From positions 31,053 through 95,052 of the forward strand of contig JAXMCN010000019.1 of NCBI GenBank assembly GCA_046349275.1: a stretch of 64,000 nucleotides of DNA, written 5' to 3'. This DNA comes from Reyranellaceae bacterium (lineage in GTDB: Bacteria > Pseudomonadota > Alphaproteobacteria > Reyranellales > Reyranellaceae). The stretch's first letter is position 1. Each line of letters starts with the position of its first letter. Below, in pieces: positions 35,635 through 45,417 of this stretch. Both the position numbers and the translations under genes were made by a program. The notes below the pieces were generated by a model. It was given only the letters and a program-made list of their open reading frames with translations. It ran no database searches and was not told the origin of the DNA.

Positions 35635-37308
35635 TCAGGCACGCAGCACGCGGCCGGCCTTGGCCTCGGTCAGGGTGCCCTGCTGCCAGGTCACGGCGCC
35701 GTTGACGATCGTGTATTCGACGCCCTGCGACGGCATCACCATGCGCTTGGCGCCGCCCGGCAGGTCGAAGCGCCGCTCGCCGTGGTTCTTCGAGCCGATG
35801 CGCTCGGGATCGAAGATCGCCACGTCGGCCGGTGCGCCGACCTTGAGCCGGCCGCGGTCGGCGAGGCCGAACAGGTCGGCGGGATCGGAGGTCAGCTTGC
35901 GCACGCCCTCCTCGAGCGTGATCGCCTGCTTGTCGCGCACCCAGGTGCCGAGCAGGTAGGTCGGGTAGCCGGCGTCGCACAGCATGTCGACGTGCGCGCC
36001 GCCGTCGCCCAGCGCCATCAGGATCGACTTGTCGTTGAGCAGCTCGCGCATGCGGTCCTCGCGGGTGTTCCACGAGGCCATGGTGAGCTCGCACTTGAGG
36101 TCGTCGGCCAGCACCGTGTCGAGGAAGGCATCGACGCCGTCCTTGCCCTGCTCGCGGGCGATGTCGGCCACCGACTTGCCCTCGAGGTGCTTCAGCGCCG
36201 GGTTCTTCACGCTGTACACGGCGATGCGGCCCCAGTTGCTGAAGCCCGTCGGGTTGCGCAGGTCGGCGCGGAACTGGTTGCGGAACGCCGGGTCGGCGTA
36301 GACCTTCTTCTGGGCCTCCTTCGAGGTGTCGGCGAACACCCGCTTCCAGGCCGGGAAGGCGGCGAAGGCGAAGGGATTGTCCATGTTGACCTCGCGGGTC
36401 AGCGGCAGCGGCGAGGTCTGCGGCCGCGCCCCCTTGGCGATCATCGGCGCGGCCCGGCGCAGGGTGTCGCGCACCGCCTCGGGGATGTCGTCGCGGTCGA
36501 ACAGGGCGATGAAGGTGACCGGCCGGCCGCTCTCCTCGAGCAGGAAGTCGAGCAGCTCGCACTGGTCCTGCTCGAGCACGCCGACCTGGCGGGTCAGCGC
36601 GACCTCGATGGCGCCCTTGCCGCGCGCCTTGAGCACGTTGGCGTAGGCCTTCATTTCCTCGCGGCTGGCGTTGCGGCAGGCCAGCGGCTTGCCTTCGTAG
36701 CCCATGTGCTGGTTGAGCGTCGTGCTCGAGAAGCCGAGCGCGCCGACGTCGACCGCCTCGCCGATCAGGCGGGCGATCTCGGCGGTTTCCTCGGCTGTCG
36801 CGGCGCGCTCCATCGAGGCCTCGCCCATGACGTAGTGGCGGAACGGCGTGAGCGGCGCGATGAACGCGAGGTTGAGCGACGGCCGGCGCGCCGCCGCGGC
36901 GTCCATGAACTGCGGGAAGGTCTCCCAGTCCCAGGTGATGCCCTTGTTCAGCACGTCGAACGGGATGCCCTCGACGTTGACCAGGTCGCGCATGGCGACC
37001 TCGCGGGTCTGCGGCTTGCAGGGCGCGATGCCGACGCCGCAATTGCCCATCACCACCGAGGTGACGCCGTGCCACGACGACGGCGTCACCGCGCCGTCCC
37101 AGCAGATCTGCGCGTCGTAGTGGGTGTGCGGATCGACGAAGCCCGGCGCCACGACCAGCCCGTCGGCGTCGATCGTGCGCTTGGCGCTCTCGCTCACCTT
37201 GCCGATCTCGGCCACCGTGCCGTCGGCGATGGCGATGTCGGCCCGGTAGCGCGCCGCGCCGGTGCCGTCGACGATGGTGCCGTTCTTGATGACGAGGTCG
37301 TAGCTCAT
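35635..37308 (-). CDS. N-acyl-D-amino-acid deacylase family amidohydrolase
   Basis: PGFVDPHTHYDAQ, GVTSVVMGNCGVG, DGGAHVDMLCDA; GGAGG RBS. Confidence 0.9.
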   Translation of the reverse strand: MSYDLVIKNGTIVDGTGAARYRADIAIADGTVAEIGKVSESAKRTIDADGLVVAPGFVDPHTHYDAQICWDGAVTPSSWHGVTSVVMGNCGVGIAPCKPQTREVAMRDLVNVEGIPFDVLNKGITWDWETFPQFMDAAAARRPSLNLAFIAPLTPFRHYVMGEASMERAATAEETAEIARLIGEAVDVGALGFSSTTLNQHMGYEGKPLACRNASREEMKAYANVLKARGKGAIEVALTRQVGVLEQDQCELLDFLLEESGRPVTFIALFDRDDIPEAVRDTLRRAAPMIAKGARPQTSPLPLTREVNMDNPFAFAAFPAWKRVFADTSKEAQKKVYADPAFRNQFRADLRNPTGFSNWGRIAVYSVKNPALKHLEGKSVADIAREQGKDGVDAFLDTVLADDLKCELTMASWNTREDRMRELLNDKSILMALGDGGAHVDMLCDAGYPTYLLGTWVRDKQAITLEEGVRKLTSDPADLFGLADRGRLKVGAPADVAIFDPERIGSKNHGERRFDLPGGAKRMVMPSQGVEYTIVNGAVTWQQGTLTEAKAGRVLRA

Positions 37309-37442
37309 CGGATTTCCTCCCGGGAAGGCAGAAAGGCTACTCCCGCGGCACCGGCCTTGGCGAGGGGGAGTCGAGCGGCCTGTCCGGCCTGCGGCCGGGT
37401 TCGACCTTGTCCGACCTGCGGCCGGCATGAGAAGAAAGCCGG

Positions 37443-38411
37443 ATGAAGACCAAGCTGCTCGGCCGGACCGGCGTCTCCGTTTCCCAACTCTGCTTCGGCA
37501 CGATGTCGTTCGGCGGCGATGCCGACGAGGCGACCGCGGGCGCGCTGTACAAGGCCTGCCGTGACGCCGGCATCAACTTCTTCGACTGCGCCAACGAGTA
37601 CAACAAGGGGCGCTCCGAGGAGATCCTGGGCCGGCTGGCCAAGGACCATCGCGACGAGCTGGTACTGACCACCAAGTGCTTCAACCCGACCGGGCCGGAC
37701 GTCAACGCCCGCGGCGCCTCGCGCCGCCATGTCACTAAGGCGGTCGAGGCCAGCCTGCGCCGCCTGCAGACCGACCGGATCGACGTGCTGTTCCTGCACC
37801 GCTTCGACGCCGTGACGCCGATCGACGAGATGATGCGGGGCCTCGAGGACCTGGTGCGCTCGGGCAAGATCCTGTACCCGGCGGTCAGCAACTGGTCGGC
37901 CTGGCAGACGCAGCGCGCCGTCGACCTCCAGGAGCGCAGCAACTGGGCACGCCTGCAGGTCGTCCAGCCGATGTACAACCTGGTCAAGCGCCAGGCCGAG
38001 GTCGAGATCCTGCCGATGGCGCAGGCCAACGGGATCGGCGTCATTCCCTACAGCCCGGCCGCCGCCGGCCTGCTGTCCGGCAAGTATTTCGGGCAGGCCA
38101 CCGGCCGCCTGAAGACCAACAAGATGTACGAGGCGCGCTACGGCGATCCCTGGATGTTCGAGGTGGCGGAACGCTACGTCGCCTTCTGCCGCGAGCGCGG
38201 GCTCCACCCGGTCAGCACCGCGGTGGCCTGGGTCGGCGCCCATCCCGGGGTGACGGCGCCGATCATCGGCGCGCGCAACCTCGAGCAGCTGAAGGACTCG
38301 CTGGCCGCCGTCTCGGTCGCCATGACGCCGGAGCTGCGCGCCGAGATCGCCGACCTGTCGCGCACGCCGCCGCCGGCTACCGACCGGTCCGAAGAGCTGC
38401 GCAAGGCCTGA
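37443..38411 (+). CDS. Aldo/keto reductase
   Basis: LCFGTMSFG, FFDCANEY, SLRRLQTDRID, QPMYNL, PYSP. Confidence 0.93.
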   Translation: MKTKLLGRTGVSVSQLCFGTMSFGGDADEATAGALYKACRDAGINFFDCANEYNKGRSEEILGRLAKDHRDELVLTTKCFNPTGPDVNARGASRRHVTKAVEASLRRLQTDRIDVLFLHRFDAVTPIDEMMRGLEDLVRSGKILYPAVSNWSAWQTQRAVDLQERSNWARLQVVQPMYNLVKRQAEVEILPMAQANGIGVIPYSPAAAGLLSGKYFGQATGRLKTNKMYEARYGDPWMFEVAERYVAFCRERGLHPVSTAVAWVGAHPGVTAPIIGARNLEQLKDSLAAVSVAMTPELRAEIADLSRTPPPATDRSEELRKA

Positions 38412-38634
38412 CCGCAGCTACCGACCCGACCATTTTTCGATTTGTCGGAATTATCGGAAGCCTGTTCGCCCTCGCCCGAAAGCCTCCCTTCTGCCCAGCG
38501 TGCCCGGACTCGCGAGAGTTAAGTAGTAAGCCGGACAGACTTTAACAAGTCTATCGGTCCAATATTTCGCGTCGGGCAGGTTTCTGGGCTCCGGTGGCGG
38601 CTTTCGACTTCAGGGGCCTGGGTCACGGGATCGT

Positions 38635-39735
38635 TCAGTTGGCCGGCACCGTCACCACCGCCGGCGACGACCGCACGCCGACTTCCGAGATCGAGAACAG
38701 CAGCATGACGCCGCCGAAGATCGACTTCGAGCGCAGGTCGTTGTCGGCGATCCAGAACCAGTGATTCTTGTAGGGCACCGCCACGAAGGTGTCGGCGGGC
38801 GGCGTCGGGCCACTCAGGATCGTGAGCAGGGGCGGCTCGCCGCTCGCGGTCGGCGCCGTCGCGCTCGCCTTGCCGGCGGCGACGTCGGCCTCCGGGACCT
38901 GCGCCTGCGACCCGAGCTCGGTCATGACCTGCAGCATCGAGCGGGTCGCCAGGGCGATCTCGTCGCTGCGTCCGGAGAATCCGCCGTAGCGCACGGTGTA
39001 GCCGTTGGCCGGCCGGGCCAGATGCAGGATGTCGCGCACCTCGGCCACCTTCGCCTGCACGTCGGGCGGCGCGCCGCTGGGCGGAAAGCCGATGACCACC
39101 GTCTCGCCGTCCTTGTTGCGGTCGATGCGGATCTGCAGGGCGTTGGCCAGCTGCAGCTCGTAAAGCAGCTGGGTCAGGCGCATGAACTGCGGATCCACCG
39201 TGCGTCGCATGGCGGCGCGGCGCGATTCGTTGCTGACCCCGTTGATCGACTCGACGGTCACCGGCAGCACCACGGTGGCCGCGTAGCCCGACTGCAGCAG
39301 GAACAGCACGGCGCTGGGCGGCATCGGGGCCATCAGCTTCTTGACGAAGTCGGTGCCGGTGAGCGGCGCGTACATGATGGTCGGGCGGTCGATGTAGGTG
39401 GCGCCGACCGCCGCCGTGCCGCCGATCGCGGCCGGCACGCCGACCGCGGACGGAATGTAGTTCTGCGCCGAGACGCCGCCGGCCACGGTCGTCTGCATCT
39501 GGTAGCCGGCGATGACCTGCGAGACCTCCATGAAGATCGGGTAGTCGGCGTAGCGCAGGCGCACGATGTTGAGCAGGGTCTGCTGCTTCCAGGATTCGAC
39601 GATGGCGCTGGAATAGTCGGCGCGGTCGCGCGCCACCGTGCCCGGACCGATGCTGCTGCAGGCCGTGGTCGCGCCCAGCAGCAGGGCAACGGCGGCCGCC
39701 CGGATGGCCCGTGGCGCGGTCTCGCGGAGGCTCAT
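38635..39735 (-). CDS. Hypothetical lipoprotein
   Basis: Lipobox-like TTAC; QTLLNIVRLRY...DRPTIMYAPLTG conserved-looking motifs. Confidence 0.75.
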   Translation of the reverse strand: MSLRETAPRAIRAAAVALLLGATTACSSIGPGTVARDRADYSSAIVESWKQQTLLNIVRLRYADYPIFMEVSQVIAGYQMQTTVAGGVSAQNYIPSAVGVPAAIGGTAAVGATYIDRPTIMYAPLTGTDFVKKLMAPMPPSAVLFLLQSGYAATVVLPVTVESINGVSNESRRAAMRRTVDPQFMRLTQLLYELQLANALQIRIDRNKDGETVVIGFPPSGAPPDVQAKVAEVRDILHLARPANGYTVRYGGFSGRSDEIALATRSMLQVMTELGSQAQVPEADVAAGKASATAPTASGEPPLLTILSGPTPPADTFVAVPYKNHWFWIADNDLRSKSIFGGVMLLFSISEVGVRSSPAVVTVPAN

Positions 39736-40094
39736 GTCGAGCCCGGCCTGTCATTGCCCTTCTGCCAGGGCCAGCGGCCGCTGACCTCGAGCTCGAGCGC
39801 GAAGCTCAGCAGGGTGCGGATGGCGACGATCACCGCCAGCACGCCGAGATTGTGCAGGGTCGGCTCGACGGCGACGGTGCCGATGATGTCGGCGATCACC
39901 AGGAACTCGAGGCCGAGCAGGATCGCCCGGCCGAGGTCGGCGCGCAGCCGGTGATAGGCCTCGCCGAAGCTCGTGCCGCGCAGCAGCCGCACGATGCAGG
40001 CGAGGCTGGCCAGCACCGCGCCGGCGATCAGCACGGCGACGCCGACCAGCTCGACGAGCTTGCCGGCCCCGGAAGCGAAGGCGTCGATGGCCAT
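39732..40094 (-). CDS. DUF1622 membrane protein
   Basis: LGRAILLGLEFLVIADII, IRTLLSFALELE. Confidence 0.9.
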   Translation of the reverse strand: MAIDAFASGAGKLVELVGVAVLIAGAVLASLACIVRLLRGTSFGEAYHRLRADLGRAILLGLEFLVIADIIGTVAVEPTLHNLGVLAVIVAIRTLLSFALELEVSGRWPWQKGNDRPGST

Positions 40095-40100
40095 CGCCGG

Positions 40101-41498
40101 TCAGTCGGTCTCGAGGATGGCCTTGAGGCGGCCCTGGCGGACCGCCTTGACGAAGGCGCGATGGTCGCGCTGCGCCTGGTCGGCATACTCGACCGCGAAC
40201 TCGCACATCGCCTCGTCGAAGGTCGGGCCCGAGCCGAGGTAGCCCGCGATCAGCGCCGAGTCGCCCGAGCGCGCATGCGCGCGGGCCAGCGCCCAGCCGC
40301 AGACGCGGCCGTACGCCCGCAGATCGTTGGCGTCGAAATCCTCGATGATGGCCGAGGTCTTCATGTCGCGCAGCTGCCGCACGTAGAAGTCGCGGACGTT
40401 CTGGCCGCGCCCCCATCCCAGGAAGAGGTCGCTGGCGGACTGCATCAGGCGCTGGCCGACCACGACCCGCTGGCCGTGGTTGGCATGCCTGCTGGCGCCG
40501 ACATAGGGCTCGAGCACGGAGGCCTTGGCCTCCTTCACCTGCAGGAAGATCGGATCCTTCTCGCCGGCCATGAACAGCGCCAGGCTGCACACCGTGCCGA
40601 CGCTGCCGACCCCCACCGCCTTGAGCGCGAGGTCGCAGAACTTGTAGCGGTCGAACAGCACCCGGATGTGCTCGGGCAGCGACTCGCGATAGAGGGCGAT
40701 GGCGTCGTGGTAGCCCGAGGCCAGGCCGGGCGCCTGCTCCGCGGTCGGATGGAAGATCAGCGGCGGGTCGTCGATGATGCGCGGCTGCTCGCCCACATGC
40801 TGGACGAACTTCGGGAACAGGAACTCCGGCGTGTTCTTCTCGCGCACCTTGCGCAGGCGCTCCTCGATGCGCTCGCGCGTCTCGTCGGTCTCCACCTCGG
40901 CCATGAAGCGGTCGACGTCGATCGCGTCGTACCACACGTCGAGCGCCCGCATCTCGGCATAGTCGCCCATGCGCTCGCGGTAGGATTTCGCCGTCGCGGC
41001 GACGGCGCGGCCGATGTCGCTCTCCGGCAGGTCGATGTGCCGGCCGGCCAGCACGATGCTGGCCACCAGGCGCTTGAGATCCCATTCCCACGGCCCCGGC
41101 AGCGTCTCGTCGAAGTCGTTGATGTCGAAGATGATGCGGCGCTCCGGCGTGGCGAAGCCGCCGAAATTCGACAGATGGGCATCGCCGCAGACCTGGACGT
41201 GGATGCCCGAGGTGCGCATGGTCGCGAGGTCCGACGCCATGACGGCCGCCGAGCCGCGATAGAAGGCGAAGGCCGACTGCATCATGCGGCCGAAGCGGAT
41301 CGGCACCAGCGCGGGGATCCGGTCCTTGTTCGATTCCTCGAGGATCTCGATGGGATCGCGGCGGTTCTTGCGCGGCCGCCACGGCGCCTGGTCCTCGCGC
41401 GGCAGCACGTCGCGCAGGGCCTTGCCTTCGGCGCGCCGCTCGTCGGACGACTTGTACTCGTCTTTGTCGTGGCTCGTGCGGCCAGTCTTGGAGTCCAT
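40101..41498 (-). CDS. DUF2252 family protein (kinase-like fold)
   Basis: FAFYRGSA, CGDAHLSNFG, FDINDFDE, WEWDLKRL, VGVGSVG, ARAHARSGD. Confidence 0.9.
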   Translation of the reverse strand: MDSKTGRTSHDKDEYKSSDERRAEGKALRDVLPREDQAPWRPRKNRRDPIEILEESNKDRIPALVPIRFGRMMQSAFAFYRGSAAVMASDLATMRTSGIHVQVCGDAHLSNFGGFATPERRIIFDINDFDETLPGPWEWDLKRLVASIVLAGRHIDLPESDIGRAVAATAKSYRERMGDYAEMRALDVWYDAIDVDRFMAEVETDETRERIEERLRKVREKNTPEFLFPKFVQHVGEQPRIIDDPPLIFHPTAEQAPGLASGYHDAIALYRESLPEHIRVLFDRYKFCDLALKAVGVGSVGTVCSLALFMAGEKDPIFLQVKEAKASVLEPYVGASRHANHGQRVVVGQRLMQSASDLFLGWGRGQNVRDFYVRQLRDMKTSAIIEDFDANDLRAYGRVCGWALARAHARSGDSALIAGYLGSGPTFDEAMCEFAVEYADQAQRDHRAFVKAVRQGRLKAILETD

Positions 41499-41555
41499 GG
41501 TCTCGTTGCTCCCGTGACGATCGGCCTACCGTAGGACCGGGATCGGCCCGCGCCC

Positions 41556-41569
41556 TTGCGATAGCGCAA
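41556..41569. promoter_or_regulatory. FixK/FNR-type box upstream of DUF2252 operon
   Basis: TTGCG-ATAG-CGCAA, 58 bp upstream of start. Confidence 0.6.
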
Positions 41570-41651
41570 GGGCTGTCCGGGACGTCGAGCCGTCAGCCTA
41601 TTCCCGGTCGGGCCGTCCTTGCACGGAAAGCGTGCATGCAGAAAGGCGTCG

Positions 41652-41948
41652 TCACGCCCCGCGCTTGTAACCCTTCCGCGTCATGCAGTCGTTGACCACG
41701 CTGGCCTGCGCGCTCGCCCGGTTGGCGTTGTCCTGCTGCTGCGACAGGATCATGCCGCTCGGGCTGTAGGCCGAGCCGGCCATGTGGGGATACTGCTTCA
41801 GGGCCATCTCGCGGCCGATCGCCTGGCATTCCGACAGGTCGCGGTCGACGGCGTCCGAGTCGGCGCCCGCCTTGCTCCAGCGCTCGCTGGTGGCGCAGGC
41901 CGCCAGCCCGAGCGCGATCACGACGACCGGGAAGTATGTCCGGAGCAT
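41652..41948 (-). CDS. Small lipoprotein
   Basis: Lipobox LAAC; C...CMTRKGY pattern. Confidence 0.75.
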   Translation of the reverse strand: MLRTYFPVVVIALGLAACATSERWSKAGADSDAVDRDLSECQAIGREMALKQYPHMAGSAYSPSGMILSQQQDNANRASAQASVVNDCMTRKGYKRGA

Positions 41949-41956
41949 CGCGACGG

Positions 41957-42391
41957 TCAGTGCCAGCTCAGGATGATGCCGATGTCGCCCGGCATGCCGC
42001 CGGGATAGTCGACCACCTCGTAGCGGATGTGGTAGCCGCGCGACTGCAGCTGCCGTTTCCAGAACTCGTAGATCTCCTTGGGCATGCCGGTCAGGGTCTT
42101 CTCCCAGCCCGGCTCGGCCTGGTTGATGGCGCGGCCGTTGTCGGTGCAGAGCGTGTGGGGGAACTGGAACACCTGGACCGAGCTCAGGCCATTCTCGACC
42201 GCGCGGTTCACGATCACCGAGGCCTTCTCGATGATCTCGTCGTCCGACAGGCCGGACGGCTTGCTCATCTTCTCGAGCAGCGCCTGCTTCTCGGCCTCCT
42301 CGGCCGCCCGGGCGCGCATCGCCGCCGACGCCTTCTCGCCCTGGGCGATGGCGATCTTCTTCCTGAGTTCCTGTGCCGTCATGATCGTCAT
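41957..42391 (-). CDS. Conserved hypothetical protein
   Basis: LCTDNGRAIN...GWEKTLTG...YPGGMPGDIG; GGAGG RBS before ATG 42391. Confidence 0.75.
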   Translation of the reverse strand: MTIMTAQELRKKIAIAQGEKASAAMRARAAEEAEKQALLEKMSKPSGLSDDEIIEKASVIVNRAVENGLSSVQVFQFPHTLCTDNGRAINQAEPGWEKTLTGMPKEIYEFWKRQLQSRGYHIRYEVVDYPGGMPGDIGIILSWH

Positions 42392-42442
42392 GCTGCCCTC
42401 CACATTCCCCGCGATGCCTACGCTCCTCCGACCGCCGCGGAT

Positions 42443-42456
42443 TTGACCCGCGTCAA
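42443..42456. promoter_or_regulatory. FixK/FNR-type box overlapping the ackA stop codon
   Basis: TTGAC-CCGC-GTCAA, 52 bp upstream of ATG 42391. Confidence 0.6.
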
Positions 42457-43634
42457 AGGCCCAGCACTCTTCCCGTGTCGCGCGCGATCATGCGCTCCTC
42501 GTCGGTCGGGACCACCAGCACCTTGACCGGCGAGGCCTCGCGGCTGATCACGGTCTGCCCCCGCGTGTTGCGGCCCTCGTCCAAGGAGGCCCCCAGCCAG
42601 GCGCATCCGGCGACGACCTCGGCCCGCGTCGCGGCATCGTTTTCCCCGATTCCGGCGGTGAAGACCAGCCCGTCGAGGCCGCCCAGGGCGGCCGCCAGCG
42701 AGCCGATCTCGCGGACGATGCGGTAGACGAACAGGTCGATCGCCTCGCGCGCCTCGGGGCGATCCGACCCGCGCAGGGTGCGCATGTCTGAGGAGATCCC
42801 CGAAACGCCCAGCAGGCCCGACTTGCGATACAGCAGGTCCTCGATCGCCTTGGCGTCGTAGCCGCGCTCCTCCAGGAGGTAGAGCAGCACCCCGGGGTCG
42901 ATCGCGCCCGTCCGCGTGCCCATGACCAGCCCGTCGACCGCGGTGAAGCCCATGGTGCTGGCGACGCTGCGCCCGTCGCGCACGGCGCACAGGCTGGCGC
43001 CGTTGCCGAGATGGGCGATCACCAGCCGGCCGCGCGCCAGGACCGGGTCGAGCTCGGCCAGGCGCGACACGACGAAGTCGTAGGACAGGCCGTGAAAGCC
43101 GTAGCGGCGCACGCCCTCGGCGGTGAGCGCGCGCGGCAGGGCGAATTCCTGGGCCAGCGCCGGCTGGCTGCGATGGAAGGCGGTGTCGAAGCAGGCGACC
43201 TGCGGGACGGCAGACGTCGCGGCGATCGCCTCGATCGGCGCCAGGTTGTGCGGCTGGTGCAGCGGCGCCAGCGGGATCAGCTTCGCCAGCTCGGCCAGGA
43301 CCGCCGCATCGACCCGGACCGGCGCGGCGTAACGCACGCCGCCGTGCACCACGCGATGGCCGAAGGCGAGCACCGGCCGGCCGGCCAGCAGCTCGTGGCC
43401 GAGCGCCAGGATCCCGTCGGTGGCGCCGTGATGGTCGAGCGCATCCTCGGGCCAGCGCCGCTCGGCGACCACCGTGCCGGCGGCATCGAGGGCCTTGAGA
43501 TGCGGCGCCGTGCCGATTCCCTCGACCAGGCCGCGGAACAGCAGACGCTCCTCCGGTGTCGCTTCGTAGAGCCCGAACTTGATGCTCGAGGAGCCGGCGT
43601 TGAGGACGGCGATGCAGCCGGGCAGCTCGGTCAC
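42453..43634 (-). CDS. ackA: Acetate/propionate kinase
   Basis: NAGSSSIKF, GHRVVHGG, PLAPLHQP, FDTAFH, RRYGFHGLSY, HLGNGASL, FTAGIGEN. Confidence 0.93.
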   Translation of the reverse strand: MTELPGCIAVLNAGSSSIKFGLYEATPEERLLFRGLVEGIGTAPHLKALDAAGTVVAERRWPEDALDHHGATDGILALGHELLAGRPVLAFGHRVVHGGVRYAAPVRVDAAVLAELAKLIPLAPLHQPHNLAPIEAIAATSAVPQVACFDTAFHRSQPALAQEFALPRALTAEGVRRYGFHGLSYDFVVSRLAELDPVLARGRLVIAHLGNGASLCAVRDGRSVASTMGFTAVDGLVMGTRTGAIDPGVLLYLLEERGYDAKAIEDLLYRKSGLLGVSGISSDMRTLRGSDRPEAREAIDLFVYRIVREIGSLAAALGGLDGLVFTAGIGENDAATRAEVVAGCAWLGASLDEGRNTRGQTVISREASPVKVLVVPTDEERMIARDTGRVLGL

Positions 43635-43643
43635 GGCAGCCTC

Positions 43644-44423
43644 CTAGGCGACGATGTTGGCGCCGCCGTCGACATAGACCGTGCCGCCGGTGATGCGATG
43701 GGCGAACGGCGTGGCGAGGTAGGCGCAGGCCCAGCCGACGTCCATGATGTCGACCAGCTCGCCCAGCGGCGCCTTCTGGGCCGCCTCGTTGAGCAGCAGC
43801 TCGAAGTCATTGAGGCCCGAGGCGGCGCGCGTCTTCAGCGGTCCCGGCGAGATCGCGTGGACGCGGATTCCCTTGGGCCCCAGCTCGTAGGCGAGGTAGC
43901 GGCAGGACGCCTCGAGCGCCGCCTTCACGGGGCCCATGACGTTGTAGTTGGGGACCACCCGGTCGGCGCCGTAGTAGCTCATCGCGAACATCGTGCCGCC
44001 GTCCGACATCAGCGGCGCTGCCAGCCGCGCCATGCGCACGAAGGAATGGCAGGACACGTCCATCGCCTGGGCGAAGCCCTCCGCCGAGCAGTTCAGCAGC
44101 CCGCCCTGCAGATCGGCGAGCGGCGCGAAGGCGATCGAGTGGACCAGGATGTCGAGCTTGCCCCAGCGCGCGCCGATCGCCTCGAACACCGCCTCGAGCT
44201 CGCCGGGCCGGGACACGTCGAGCGGCAGGGCGATCGGCGCCTCGAGCTCGCGCGCCAGCGGCTCGACGAACGGCCGCGCCTTGTCGTTCAGCCAGGTGAC
44301 GGCGAGCTCGGCACCGGCGGTGCGAAACGCCTTGGCGCAGCCCCAGGCGATCGAGTGCTCGTTGGCGATGCCGACGACGAGCGCCTTGGCGCCGCTCAGC
44401 ACCGGACTGACGGTCGTTTGCAT
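43644..44423 (-). CDS. fabI: Enoyl-ACP reductase FabI
   Basis: GIANEHSIAWG, VHSIAFAP, YNVMGPVKAALE, ISPGPLKTRAASG. Confidence 0.9.
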   Translation of the reverse strand: MQTTVSPVLSGAKALVVGIANEHSIAWGCAKAFRTAGAELAVTWLNDKARPFVEPLARELEAPIALPLDVSRPGELEAVFEAIGARWGKLDILVHSIAFAPLADLQGGLLNCSAEGFAQAMDVSCHSFVRMARLAAPLMSDGGTMFAMSYYGADRVVPNYNVMGPVKAALEASCRYLAYELGPKGIRVHAISPGPLKTRAASGLNDFELLLNEAAQKAPLGELVDIMDVGWACAYLATPFAHRITGGTVYVDGGANIVA

Positions 44424-44433
44424 GGTCGGGCCC

Positions 44434-45417
44434 TCAGACGATGACGGTCGTCGCGGCGGCGCGGCGGGCGGCCGCCACCAGGACGGCGACGGCGCACGAG
44501 GCGAGCCGGGTCAGTCGCGAATCGGCGCGGCTGGTCAGGATGATCGGCACGCGGGCGCCCAGCACGATGCCGGCGGCGTCGGCGCCGGCCAGGAAGGACA
44601 GGCTCTTGGCCAGCATGTTGCCGGCCTCGAGGTCGGGCACGATCAGCACGTTGGCTCGGCCGGCGACCGGCGAGACGATGTGCTTGATCGCCGCCGCCTC
44701 GGGGCTGATGGCGTTGTCCAGCGCCAGCGGCCCGTCGAGCAGGCCGCCGGTGATCTGGCCGCGGTCGGCCATCTTGCACAGCGCCGCCGCCTCGATCGTC
44801 GAGGGCACCTTGGGATTGACCGATTCGGTGGCGCTGAGGATCGCCACGCGCACTTCCTCGACGCCCATGGCGCGGGCCAGGTCGATGGCGTTCTGCACGA
44901 TGTCGACCTTCTCCTCGAGGGTCGGCGCGATGTTGACCGCGGCATCGCTGATGATCAGCGCCGTGGGATGCGACGGCACGTCCATCACGAAGCAGTGGCT
45001 GACCCGACGGGCGGTGCGGATGCCGCCGTCGCGCGCCACCACGGCGCCCATCAGCTCGTCGGTGTGCAGGCTGCCCTTCATCAGGGCCTCGGCGCGGCCC
45101 TCGCGCACCAGCTCGACCGCCTTGGCCGCCGAGTCGTGACTGTGCGCCGAGGCGACGAGCTCGAACGGCGAGATGTCGAGCCCGGCGCGGCTGGCGACGT
45201 CGAGGATACGGGCCGACGGACCGACCAGGATCGGCTTCAATAGCCCGAGTCGCGCCGCCTCGACCGCGCTCTCCAGCGAGACCGCGTCGCAGGGATGGCA
45301 GACGGCGGTGGCCATCGGCGGATGCCGGGCCGCGACCTCGATCAGCCGGTCGTACTTGTCGTGGCTGCGCCGAGCCGCGTTCGGGGCATCGGCGGGCGAA
45401 GACGAGGAATCAGGCAT
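44434..45417 (-). CDS. pta: Phosphate acetyl/butyryltransferase
   Basis: LMKGSLHT, DAAVNIAP, DGPLALDNAIS, PDLEAGNMLAK, ILTSRADS; no MaoC domain. Confidence 0.88.
   Translation of the reverse strand: MPDSSSSPADAPNAARRSHDKYDRLIEVAARHPPMATAVCHPCDAVSLESAVEAARLGLLKPILVGPSARILDVASRAGLDISPFELVASAHSHDSAAKAVELVREGRAEALMKGSLHTDELMGAVVARDGGIRTARRVSHCFVMDVPSHPTALIISDAAVNIAPTLEEKVDIVQNAIDLARAMGVEEVRVAILSATESVNPKVPSTIEAAALCKMADRGQITGGLLDGPLALDNAISPEAAAIKHIVSPVAGRANVLIVPDLEAGNMLAKSLSFLAGADAAGIVLGARVPIILTSRADSRLTRLASCAVAVLVAAARRAAATTVIV

Noticed and set aside
38510-38570. dif site or CtrA box
   Set aside because: No XerC/XerD 11-6-11 arm match and no TTAA-N7-TTAA spacing.
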